The notes beneath the pieces were generated by a model. That model saw nothing but the letters and a program-made list of their open reading frames with translations, was not told the DNA's origin and made no database searches. Both the position numbers and the translations under genes were made by a program. A stretch of 60,348 nucleotides of DNA from a virus. The stretch is from UHGV virus genome UHGV-0030339. The stretch is one strand, 5' to 3'. The first letter of the stretch is position 1, and each line of letters starts with the position of its first letter. Shown piece after piece: positions 46,901 through 55,775 of the stretch.

Positions 46901-48817
46901 TTAACCCTCCACTTTTAATTTTCCACTGTCGTTTACGACCAACATAATCAACTGACCTCTGACCATGTTAGAAACCTTTTTCTGGTTTTCAGAGTCCAGT
47001 GATTCGCAGTCATCCACCCAGATAGGAACTGATATTCCGACAATATCCTGTACGCTCTGGCAAATATCAACTCTACCAAGGATCCGATTACCCTTGTTAC
47101 TGATCGTTGTAAGGATAGATTTATCGTCAACCATAGGAATGCAGGTCGATTTATAGTTGCCATTCTTTGCGGTTTCAAATAACTGCCACTGAACTAATTT
47201 GAATTTCTGGTTGATCTGGTTTGAAAGCTCCTCATTCTTAGCTTTCTCCAATTCTGTAAGCAGATAAAGGACCTTTTCTGAATCTGCCTGCTGCTGCACC
47301 ATGTCAGTTCTCTGTTCTTTCAACTCTGCCAGACGCTTCTCTTCGGCTTCCGTATTTGACATAAGAATCTTTGATTCGCAGCCAGAAAGTTCTTCTCTTA
47401 GCTCCTGTTCCTCTTCCTTAAGTGCTTTTCGGTACTCGGAAATATTTTCCATGCTCTTAAGCGCATTTTCTTTTTCAGTAATCTGCTGCTTAATTTCCTG
47501 ATATTCACTTGTATCCGATATGTCGATCTTTTCCGGAAGTTCTGAAAGCTTGTCTTCTAATTCTTTAATCTCGGAAAAAACTGCATCATACTCAGCTTTT
47601 TGCTCTTCCAGATCTAACCGAAACTGGTCTAAATCTTTTGTTTTCCTATCCAACTGGTCTTTGGTATTGTTTCCGTCTGTTGTGATTGAAGCAAGCAGCT
47701 CTGCCTTTTCCTTTTCAAAATTGGTAAAAAGCTCTGCCTTCTTCTCTTCTGGATAAAGCTGCCTGCAGTACGGGCAAATGAGAGACTTTTCGTCAAGTTT
47801 TCTCTCATTCTCTTCTTTCCACTCTATACGGATACCTTCCAGTTTTCCTTTTAACCGATCAATAGCATCTGTAGCCGCAGAAATTTTGGTTTCGATAGCA
47901 TTTATATCTGCCTGTAATTTGTTACGCTCCAATTTCTTTTGTATGGAAACATCCAATAATTTAGACCTTTCTTCCACCAGTGACTCATTCGCTTTTCTTT
48001 CAAGCCCAGACAGTTCCATTTTCAGTTCTAAAACACCGTCAGTTAGCTCATTATAATTCTCATAAAGTTTTTCACTTTCAAGCTGCTTATCAGCATTTTC
48101 CTGAATTTTCTGCTTAAGGCAGTTTTTCTGGACTTCCAGATCAGATACATCCATATCTGACTTGGCTTTAATATCCGCTTCCTTTTCCCTAATCTGTCCC
48201 TCTAATATAGGAAGCTCTTTTTTAATATCAGCTACTTTTTTCTTATTCATCGCTGATAATTCCTCTGCTGAATATTTTCCAAGCAGCACTCCCAGTTCTG
48301 CCAGATCTGGATATTTGTCTGCCACAGACGTATCCGGAATATCTTTGACTGTCTGGAATAAAAACTTACGGACCTCATCCGGTTTCTGATTGAGAAATGC
48401 GTTAATATTGCTTGACATTTTAAAAGCATTTCCAACTTCCAAATATTCATTAAATTCAGTTTTGGTCTTCGAAACGTCATTAATAAAATACTTGTTATCA
48501 TCTTTATATGAGCTTCCGTCTTTGCTATAGGTACGCTTCTGTACCTTGCGAACTGTAATCTCTCTTCCGTCCATATCCAGAACCAGAGTTACTTCTACAT
48601 CACCGTCTACCGGCGATCCGTTTACCTCACGTCTTACAACTGGATTACTTCTCATTTCATAATCGCAGTCAAGAAAGCACCAAGTATATGCACTTGCTAT
48701 GCTGGACTTGCCTTTTCCGTTTGCACCAGAAATGACGGTCTTATCATGGAAATGGAAATCCTGTTCTTCATAACACATGAAGTTTTTGAGGTGCATACTT
48801 AAAAGCTTAATTTTCAT
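46901..48817 (-). CDS. SbcC/RecN-like AAA ATPase with zinc hook
   Basis: Walker A GANGKGKSS, long coiled coil, CPYC hook, C-terminal ABC signature region. Confidence 0.7.
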   Translation of the reverse strand: MKIKLLSMHLKNFMCYEEQDFHFHDKTVISGANGKGKSSIASAYTWCFLDCDYEMRSNPVVRREVNGSPVDGDVEVTLVLDMDGREITVRKVQKRTYSKDGSSYKDDNKYFINDVSKTKTEFNEYLEVGNAFKMSSNINAFLNQKPDEVRKFLFQTVKDIPDTSVADKYPDLAELGVLLGKYSAEELSAMNKKKVADIKKELPILEGQIREKEADIKAKSDMDVSDLEVQKNCLKQKIQENADKQLESEKLYENYNELTDGVLELKMELSGLERKANESLVEERSKLLDVSIQKKLERNKLQADINAIETKISAATDAIDRLKGKLEGIRIEWKEENERKLDEKSLICPYCRQLYPEEKKAELFTNFEKEKAELLASITTDGNNTKDQLDRKTKDLDQFRLDLEEQKAEYDAVFSEIKELEDKLSELPEKIDISDTSEYQEIKQQITEKENALKSMENISEYRKALKEEEQELREELSGCESKILMSNTEAEEKRLAELKEQRTDMVQQQADSEKVLYLLTELEKAKNEELSNQINQKFKLVQWQLFETAKNGNYKSTCIPMVDDKSILTTISNKGNRILGRVDICQSVQDIVGISVPIWVDDCESLDSENQKKVSNMVRGQLIMLVVNDSGKLKVEG

Positions 48818-49928
48818 CTGCCTTTACCGCCTTTCTTTCAACACCCAGAATAGCTCTCACAACTTCATCTGAGATATATCCGCAGTTTTCGAAAACCTCT
48901 TTAAGGACATTAAATCTGGCCTGCTTGTCTGCCAAAACTTCATATTCACACTTGGTAAGCGTAACAATTCTGTTATTTTCAACCATCCAACTTATCTCCT
49001 CATTCTTTTAAATTTGTCCACGATTTTTCTCTTATTCGTGGTCTTGTTAATGAGTTTCAAATAGAACTCAGTTTCTTCCACCAGCATCCATTCACTGGCG
49101 TTTAAATGGGCTGCCGAAACAGCTTCTTTCTGCGACCGGGTTAGTTTCTTCGGCTGCTTCATTTTCTGCTTCTCCATGCTACATAGAACAGAAACCCTAA
49201 AACTACTGTAACCTCAGCCAAAAGCGTGGTTAATACCCCAGCCCAAAACGGGTCTATATACATTTTGAGTATCCTCCTATCTTGTTACCAGCCACAGCGC
49301 CAGTGCTGCTCCCACCAGCATCAGCCCTACAGCTACAATCACTGTATCCGCAACCTTACAAAAGATTTCTTTCCAGTGTTTTTTTTCAGCCTTAATTGCC
49401 ACGTAGCTTACGCCAAGTGGACAATCATGATTTTTCATTTTTGCCATTATTCCAACACCTTTCTGTGATATAATCCTCTTATCTTTATCCAGAAAAGAGG
49501 TGAATTGAAATGGATACCAAAGAATTTGCATCTGCTTATGCTGTTGCTAAAATTTGCGGTTACACCGGATTATTTGACGATTTTAAGAACCTGTACGACC
49601 AATACTACTCTGAAATCATCAAATCACTACTGGAAGAAGAACCACAATTAGCAACCATAGAAGCAGTTGCTAATCCTTTCCATAACCCGAAGCACTTCTA
49701 AACGCTTCAATTACCGGTGCAATGGCGGTAAGGACTTTGATAGACAAATCAATGCTGGTTTCCTCAATCTTCTTATCGCCATTTGTAATGCTATAGTAAT
49801 CTTCAATGATGTTCATAGCTACATGCTGTGCCATTTCATCAATTCCAATATAGCGACCGTCTACTTTTTTCACTAAAACAGCCTTTCCTCTTGTATCGAC
49901 AACGTTGTATCTCTGTGCCTGCACTCTT

Positions 49929-50198
49929 TCACCCTCTTTCTACTTCAAAGTTAATTTTTTTATTGGTTTTGAATTTTATCTCTTCTATTTCTCCAATTCC
50001 GTCTTGTTTCATTATTAAAACAGATAAATCTACCGCAAGATCAAGTGCATTCAAATCCAACGTTAACGTTGGTACTGAATTTCCCACTTCCTGTTTAAGC
50101 TCAAATCTACGGACTCCATCAACTTTGTGTCCGTCAATAAGCACTTCTGTGAAAATTCCATGTTCGCCATCTACCTGTCGAATTTCAAGTTTTCCCAT
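49929..50198 (-). CDS. hypothetical protein, paralog of 52535..52807
   Basis: shared IDG.K..GVR.FELKQ....PTLT.DLNA pattern. Confidence 0.45.
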   Translation of the reverse strand: MGKLEIRQVDGEHGIFTEVLIDGHKVDGVRRFELKQEVGNSVPTLTLDLNALDLAVDLSVLIMKQDGIGEIEEIKFKTNKKINFEVERG

Positions 50199-50200
50199 TT

Positions 50201-50965
50201 TTACCTTTTCTCCGCTTCTTCCTCTACATTGACTTCCCGCACACTTCCGACAAACTTATTGACAAAGTAAATCTGACCTTTGCCTGTGACTTTTGTTGTC
50301 CGGGTTATTCGTACTGATCCGTCTGGGTTCTGTACATTGCTTTCTTTGACCTCAAACAACCCTTGTTCTACATACCTTTGCATTGGCATGTTTTTTGAGC
50401 TTCCGCCCTTTACCAAGTACCCATTTTCTCGCAGCCACTCAAATAATCTTTTCTGCCCTATCTGGTATCCGTTTTGGCAAATCAGCTTTGCCAAGTCACC
50501 AACAAGAATTGATGTGTGACTTGCGCTTACCGCATCCGCAAAAATTGTCTTAGGTTTATCGGCTTCAATTTTCTGCTCCAGAAGTCGGTTATTATGCTTT
50601 AGATCTTCAATCTGCCGGTCTGCGATTTTCAAGGCTCTTGCCATAACCTGTTCAGGCGTGTTCCAGGCTTTTTCCAAATCAATGAGATATTCTCGTATCT
50701 GCTTGCCTTTTTCAGTTCTCGACATAAGCGATAAATGTTTGGCCATTAATACTGAAATTTGATAATCTTCAAGCTCTCTTGTTGCACCATTGTTTACAAC
50801 CGTACTCGATGTACACTTGTGATAATCTTCGTTCTCTACAAATAATTCCTTATTTGTATCAAACCACCTACTAAATCTTGAAACGATACCCAATGCACTA
50901 TGCAGTTCTCTAGCGGACACTGTTTGCGTGTCAAAATTTACGTTCAATAACTCATTCATTTCCAT
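50201..50965 (-). CDS. phage antirepressor (Rha-like N-terminus, KilA-C/ANT C-terminus)
   Basis: VSARELHSALGI.SRFSRWF and ...LAKLICQNGYQIGQKRLFEWLRENGYL. Confidence 0.65.
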   Translation of the reverse strand: MEMNELLNVNFDTQTVSARELHSALGIVSRFSRWFDTNKELFVENEDYHKCTSSTVVNNGATRELEDYQISVLMAKHLSLMSRTEKGKQIREYLIDLEKAWNTPEQVMARALKIADRQIEDLKHNNRLLEQKIEADKPKTIFADAVSASHTSILVGDLAKLICQNGYQIGQKRLFEWLRENGYLVKGGSSKNMPMQRYVEQGLFEVKESNVQNPDGSVRITRTTKVTGKGQIYFVNKFVGSVREVNVEEEAEKR

Positions 50966-51008
50966 CCACCTTCTTTCGTGGTATAATGATAAAAAATTCT
51001 TGGAGGTA

Positions 51009-51438
51009 CATGCTCATGCAATCCTTAAATTCAGACCACTTAGAGCTTGCTATATCTGCCATAACTCTATGCGTAGCAATAATCTGTCCTGTTCTTGTTA
51101 CTATCGTCAATAGCATTCATAGTACTCACATACGAAAGCTTGAATTGAAATATGAAAAGCAGCTTTCCTATTATCAGAAACAGCAGTCTGTATTCAACTG
51201 TTTTTTAGAATTTGCTTCCAAACAGTTAGAGGCAAATTATCAAAGTGAGCGAATCGAATACATACGTTCTTACCATGAGTTAGTTTTATATGTACCCTCC
51301 AAATACTGGGGACAACTGTCATCTCTCCATGAGTCATTGCTCAATAGAAAAAATGACTCCTCTGAAAAATTGCTTGCCGTTACCCAAACATTGGGAAAAA
51401 TCCTACAAGAATCTGAGCAATTATTCCCAAAATTATAG
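51009..51438 (+). CDS. membrane-anchored hypothetical protein (possible superinfection exclusion or abortive-infection protein)
   Basis: TATAAT at 50981-50986, RBS ggagg, N-terminal TM helix; opposite strand to its neighbours. Confidence 0.45.
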
Positions 51439-51575
51439 TGTAGACAAGCCCCGCAATTCTCCAACCATGCACTGACCTTCCATGCCAATAACTTGTAGTG
51501 CATGTTACAAGCACAAATGCCGCAATAGGTATTGCGTCCAGCCAACTATAATGAAGCATTTCTTTCTCTCCTAAA

Positions 51576-51764
51576 CTAACTACTGACTAGCTCAGCCACT
51601 GTAATTCCAGTTACCTTTGCGATTTTTTCAAGGGTATCCAATGATGGTTTGCTACCCTTTTCCCATCTTCCGATAGTTCCATTTCCGATGTTACATTTCT
51701 TTTCAAACGCCGCAATCGAAAGACTGTTTTTCTCGCAATACTTTATGATTTTTTTATAAATCAT
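51576..51764 (-). CDS. Cro-like XRE HTH protein
   Basis: 62 aa, HTH LSIAAFEKKCNIGNGTIGRWEKG. Confidence 0.7.
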   Translation of the reverse strand: MIYKKIIKYCEKNSLSIAAFEKKCNIGNGTIGRWEKGSKPSLDTLEKIAKVTGITVAELVSS

Positions 51765-51977
51765 AAAATCGTCTCCTTTCTCTAAATATTTAGAGAAAAG
51801 TCTATTGACTTTAATTATATAGCGGTCTAAAATATGAATTGTCCAGAAACATATTTTTAGAGGCTTTTCTATATTATTTTTAGGCTTTTCTCTAATTCAT
51901 AAGCCAATTATATAGACTAACCTCTAATTTGTCAACCCTATTTTTAGAGTTTTACCTAATTTTTTAGGAGGTAGTCA
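51765..51977. promoter_or_regulatory. divergent promoter/operator region with repeated ATTTTTAG(A/G)G motifs and palindrome TCTAAATATTTAGA
   Basis: repeats at ~51781, 51854, 51877, 51942, 51962; TTGACT-17-TAAAAT at 51805-51833. Confidence 0.55.
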
Positions 51978-52322
51978 ATGAACGCAGTAGAACGGGTAAA
52001 AGCCATATGTAAACAGCGAAAAATACCAATTTCTAAACTAGAAACTGATTTAGGATATGGAAATGCATACATATCCAGATTAAAAAAAGGCGTATTCCCC
52101 AATGATAGATTAGAGGAAATAGCCAATTACTTAAATTTATCGTCTTATTATCTTTCCACCGGGGAAGAAAAATCCCCTAATGAATTGCCGGATCAGTCTG
52201 AATTATGGAAGAAAATTCGCCATGATGAAGCACTGCTAAGTGCTTTAGAAAAGTACATGAAACTTTCAGACAAAAAGAAAAAGCACGTTCTTGATACAAT
52301 CGACGTGCTTAGTGAGGCGTAA
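51978..52322 (+). CDS. CI-like XRE HTH repressor
   Basis: 114 aa, HTH ISKLETDLGYGNAYISRLKKG, divergent from the cro-like gene. Confidence 0.7.
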   Translation: MNAVERVKAICKQRKIPISKLETDLGYGNAYISRLKKGVFPNDRLEEIANYLNLSSYYLSTGEEKSPNELPDQSELWKKIRHDEALLSALEKYMKLSDKKKKHVLDTIDVLSEA

Positions 52323-52324
52323 AT

Positions 52325-52531
52325 ATGAGTTGCATATCTAAGAAATTCGCAGGATTTTGTCCTACTCAACAGAAAGAATACTCTGTTTTAGTAGAATATT
52401 ATGGTGACGGCATTCTGGAAGAAAAAGAAACTTTTTCCAGAGGTCGTCTTGACTGTAGTTATCAAAAAGGCTATGGATGTCCGCAAGCAAATAAATGTCC
52501 TATTATGGCAAATGCTCCGTATAAATTATAG
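52325..52531 (+). CDS. small Cys-containing hypothetical protein
   Basis: coupled to the CI-like gene. Confidence 0.4.
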   Translation: MSCISKKFAGFCPTQQKEYSVLVEYYGDGILEEKETFSRGRLDCSYQKGYGCPQANKCPIMANAPYKL

Positions 52532-52534
52532 CAG

Positions 52535-52807
52535 TTAGCTTTCACTACCAAGCAATTCGCTTTCATTGCCGTAATCGTCCTTAAGCGTTATCTTCAATTC
52601 TCCGTAGCCTTTGTGCCGTAAAATGCCCAAGCAGTCCACGCTCATGTTCATGGCATTAAGGTCTACGGTCAATGTGGGGATACCAGGCGCATCTTGTTTC
52701 AGTTCAAAGCTTCTCACGCCCTTCAGCTTTACCCCATCAATGAATATTTCCGTATATCCATCTTTGACATTTGACTTAATTTCTATATTAGGGTAATTAT
52801 CTTTCAT
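52535..52807 (-). CDS. hypothetical protein, paralog of 49929..50198
   Basis: see paralog. Confidence 0.45.
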   Translation of the reverse strand: MKDNYPNIEIKSNVKDGYTEIFIDGVKLKGVRSFELKQDAPGIPTLTVDLNAMNMSVDCLGILRHKGYGELKITLKDDYGNESELLGSES

Positions 52808-53081
52808 TATAATCCTCCTTAATAATATCTTCTACAATTTTGAAAATATAAATGAGAATATCTTTTCTGTTTACGTTTTTTACCATTTCAATAATTTTCT
52901 TCCGATACTCTTCTTTTTCATCCACTAAAAGTCCCTCCAATTCATCCAAGTCGCACGTTCTCTGTGTAGCGATAGGCATATTATAGAACGTATGTTCGAT
53001 TATGTCAAGATAGCATCGGGGACACCGATACAAAATCAATGTCCCCAAACCAGAAGTTGATTGCCCATTTTCATTGGACAT
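52797..53081 (-). CDS. hypothetical protein with CxxC
   Basis: 94-aa ORF. Confidence 0.35.
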   Translation of the reverse strand: MSNENGQSTSGLGTLILYRCPRCYLDIIEHTFYNMPIATQRTCDLDELEGLLVDEKEEYRKKIIEMVKNVNRKDILIYIFKIVEDIIKEDYNER

Positions 53082-53134
53082 TTCTAGTATATGCTTTTAG
53101 TGGGTAAAATATTCTTACGAGCAACGAAAAACTT

Positions 53135-53275
53135 TTATGATTCTTCTGTTTCTTCTGCAAGTTCTCCGCAATCCAGATCAATTAAAACCTGCTTTACCTG
53201 AGGCTTAATCTTTTCTGGTACCTGTGCGTAAGTCTTTTTACCTTTGATAATAAGAGTTGCATAGATAATTGCCAT
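53135..53275 (-). CDS. XkdX-like small protein
   Basis: MAIIYATLIIKGKKTYAQVPEKIKPQVKQVL after RBS aggagg. Confidence 0.5.
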   Translation of the reverse strand: MAIIYATLIIKGKKTYAQVPEKIKPQVKQVLIDLDCGELAEETEES

Positions 53276-53315
53276 ATCGCTTACCTCCTTTCGTAGTATT
53301 AAGAAAAGCAATAGC

Positions 53316-53429
53316 CTAAGCATTTAATAATGCCTCGACCTCTGCTCTAATCTTTTTCGGTACTTCATCAATTGTTTTTTTGCCCTTGCGGATTAAGTCC
53401 GCATATACTGTTGCCATGTAGCTTGCCAT
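53316..53429 (-). CDS. second XkdX-like small protein (37 aa)
   Basis: MASYMATVYADLIRKGKKTIDEVPKKIRAEVEALLNA. Confidence 0.45.
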   Translation of the reverse strand: MASYMATVYADLIRKGKKTIDEVPKKIRAEVEALLNA

Positions 53430-53431
53430 GA

Positions 53432-53800
53432 TTAAGCCTCCTTTGTGGTAGTTGTAGTGGTCTGGTTTGCTTCATAAAGTTCAGTCAATGCTAACTGGGT
53501 GTTAGTGACTTCATCTTCCAGTGCCAGATTAGCTTCATACTGCTCGGTAAGAGCTAACTGGGCTTCGGTGAGCTGGTCTTCCAAATCTGTTACTCTAATC
53601 TGTAGTTTTCCAATATCTGATTCTGGCAGATAAGAAAACACTGCTTTAGGCTCATCTGGATTAGTTACGTCAATTCTTTCAAGAGCTGCTCCGTCTGGAA
53701 TGTCCACGAACATTGACAACAGACCTTGTGGGGCTTGTTCTTCCCCATATACAATTGACCAGATTCTACCTGTGGCATCGTAAATTACTAATGCTTTCAT
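53432..53800 (-). CDS. tail-fiber-associated hypothetical protein with internal 42-bp tandem duplication
   Basis: QLALTEQYEAN / QLALTELYEAN repeat. Confidence 0.4.
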   Translation of the reverse strand: MKALVIYDATGRIWSIVYGEEQAPQGLLSMFVDIPDGAALERIDVTNPDEPKAVFSYLPESDIGKLQIRVTDLEDQLTEAQLALTEQYEANLALEDEVTNTQLALTELYEANQTTTTTTKEA

Positions 53801-53890
53801 TTGTTCTGTTCCTTTCTTGATTGTGATATACTGTTAATATCTTTTTACTTTTCTACAAATTTCTGCACCACACCCATTACCTGTTGATAC

Positions 53891-53933
53891 TATACTTTAT
53901 GGGAAGTCGATTTTTGGTGTAGCGGGGAATGTA
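53891..53933. repeat. inverted repeat L of the tail-fiber invertible segment
   Basis: tatactttatgggaagtc 18-bp perfect core; ~43 bp imperfect IR with 54527-54570. Confidence 0.75.
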
Positions 53934-54263
53934 AGACGATATGCTTATAAAAGTGGAACTGTTAATTCGTCTTCTGGTACACTGGCTTTTAAGGAAAGTG
54001 GTGGTTCAACCTATTATCTTCATTATTGTCAGATAAACAATATAGGATTTACCCCTATACTGGCTGTTTTTTTTGGTAGTGGTCACGTAACAATAGTTAG
54101 CAGTGGTGGCAATATAAACTTAGAAGCACAAAACGCAAGTGGAACCGGATATTATGCGAAAGGTTCCAATAGTAATGTAGTATTTAGCAGTTCTAAAGTA
54201 CAGGTGCCATCCACGTATCCTAGTGCAAATCCACATTGGTATTTTATAGCTGGATATTATTAA
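53891..54263 (+). other. promoterless alternative tail-fiber C-terminal cassette (no start codon) inside an invertible segment
   Basis: + frame encodes TILYGKSIFGVAGNV...AGYY*, paralleling ILYGKSIFGVSGNV...VTGYY* of the minus-strand gene. Confidence 0.7.
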
Positions 54264-54913
54264 TAGTATCCTGTAACGTAGTAATTGTATGTAAAATTAG
54301 CTGTAGTAACTTTTATTGTGATTGAATTACCATTTCTTGTTGGTGTAGATGTAGGCATGCTTGGGAGAATTAATGTATCTCTTGGATTCCATGGTACAGT
54401 TATTGATACATCTCTAGGATCTTCCACTTTCATCAAAATCCAGGATGTCACATAAAATCCAGGATTTAAAGTAACATAACCATTATTGTTTGAATTAACC
54501 TGTCCACTTCGAGATGCGTGCTGACGTACATTACCACTTACTCCAAAAATGGACTTCCCATAAAGTATATTATTACCAGTTAAATTCCCATCACCTTTGA
54601 TAACAATATCGCCGGTCATTTTCTTACCACTGCATGATACTGTCTGTTGAGCCGTATTAGGCGTATAAGTCCCACCACTCATCGTACCCATGGTGCCGGT
54701 CTGCTTGCTTTTGGGATTGGTGGTATAGAAAGTTTTACCGGATAACACATCACCGGCTCCGGCATCGCCACTAAGGGTTAGTGTACCTGTTAAAGGCTCT
54801 CCATCTACGCCAACAATTACCTTTCCAGACAAAACATCGTCCGCTGCGGCTGATACAACATCGAGGTCAATTCCACCACTACCACCAATCATTAATACCT
54901 GTCCCATGGTCAT
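54260..54913 (-). CDS. tail fiber / receptor-binding protein with switchable C-terminus
   Basis: DVLSGK..Y repeats; C-terminal half lies within the invertible segment. Confidence 0.65.
   Translation of the reverse strand: MTMGQVLMIGGSGGIDLDVVSAAADDVLSGKVIVGVDGEPLTGTLTLSGDAGAGDVLSGKTFYTTNPKSKQTGTMGTMSGGTYTPNTAQQTVSCSGKKMTGDIVIKGDGNLTGNNILYGKSIFGVSGNVRQHASRSGQVNSNNNGYVTLNPGFYVTSWILMKVEDPRDVSITVPWNPRDTLILPSMPTSTPTRNGNSITIKVTTANFTYNYYVTGYY
54527..54570. repeat. inverted repeat R of the tail-fiber invertible segment
   Basis: reverse complement of IR-L, located inside the fiber gene at codons ~115-129. Confidence 0.75.
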
Positions 54914-55368
54914 ACCCCTTTCAAGCCAATAACAATATCAACTGTTGGCAGTTTGTAAACTTTAAATGTCACACTGCCGTCTGCTGTAGTTCCAGTTCCA
55001 GAAGATATAATTCCAAATGCTTTACTATATGCCTTTTGTGCATCCACAGAAGCCCCATCAGCAAGCATACTTACAATTATTGGATTATCGTCTGCCCTAA
55101 GTCCCTCAACATCTACAGTTTGGCTATATGGGGCTGTATCGCCTACCCAACCAGTAGCAGTCAGTGTAACCGGTGTAATATGATTTATCTGATTGACATT
55201 TTTATTAGTCTTGTTGATATCATTTGCCCCAAAGGTATCCCCAACCTGTGAATAACTTGTAGCATCTGTAAACGATACTGTGCCATCATCATTGCTTGTT
55301 TGCGTATATTTGCGACTGTTTCCAGATGCAATGATATCGTCCATATAACTCGTTTTTAAAGTTTCCAT
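54910..55368 (-). CDS. tail fiber/baseplate-associated protein
   Basis: position, coupled ORF. Confidence 0.4.
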   Translation of the reverse strand: METLKTSYMDDIIASGNSRKYTQTSNDDGTVSFTDATSYSQVGDTFGANDINKTNKNVNQINHITPVTLTATGWVGDTAPYSQTVDVEGLRADDNPIIVSMLADGASVDAQKAYSKAFGIISSGTGTTADGSVTFKVYKLPTVDIVIGLKGV

Positions 55369-55775
55369 CAGGTTCTCACTCCTTTCACATTCCCAAGTCT
55401 AAATGCTAATACTGGCAACCCAGCTTCCAGCCTGTTCAACATTTCATAGATTCTTAATGTCGCAGACTCTATCCTGTTCAACTCATTCCATTGGATAAAT
55501 GCTCCATTGCTGTAAAAGGTAGATGTCATGCCTATATTCTGGGTGTAAACGTTTTTGTTGATGGTTTCCAGATTCTTCTCAAAATTATTGATTTCTTTGG
55601 CATACGGATAATCCGCATACCCTTTATCAGCTCCCATATCAATAATTCCAAAATTAGGGTAAAATTGTTCTGCTCTTTCATGCAGAAAATTCAAGTTCCC
55701 TTTTATCCGATTGTAATCACTGGCATTGAATCTGTCAGAAGATTCCCAATCAGTTTTAGGTTGTATCCATGGCAT
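55368..55775 (-). CDS. tail fiber N-terminal/collar-like protein
   Basis: MPWIQPKTDWESSDRFNASDYNRIKGNLNFL motif common at N-termini of Firmicutes prophage fiber proteins. Confidence 0.45.
   Translation of the reverse strand: MPWIQPKTDWESSDRFNASDYNRIKGNLNFLHERAEQFYPNFGIIDMGADKGYADYPYAKEINNFEKNLETINKNVYTQNIGMTSTFYSNGAFIQWNELNRIESATLRIYEMLNRLEAGLPVLAFRLGNVKGVRT

Noticed and set aside
49277-49701. Overlapping small ORFs on both strands
   Set aside because: None has recognisable motifs. They were left unannotated as features because the true strand cannot be decided from sequence alone.
53891-54570. Tail-fiber variable region as a DGR target
   Set aside because: The repeats are inverted rather than direct, sit at the start of the variable part, and lack the TR/VR flank motifs. 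The pattern fits site-specific inversion, not retrohoming.
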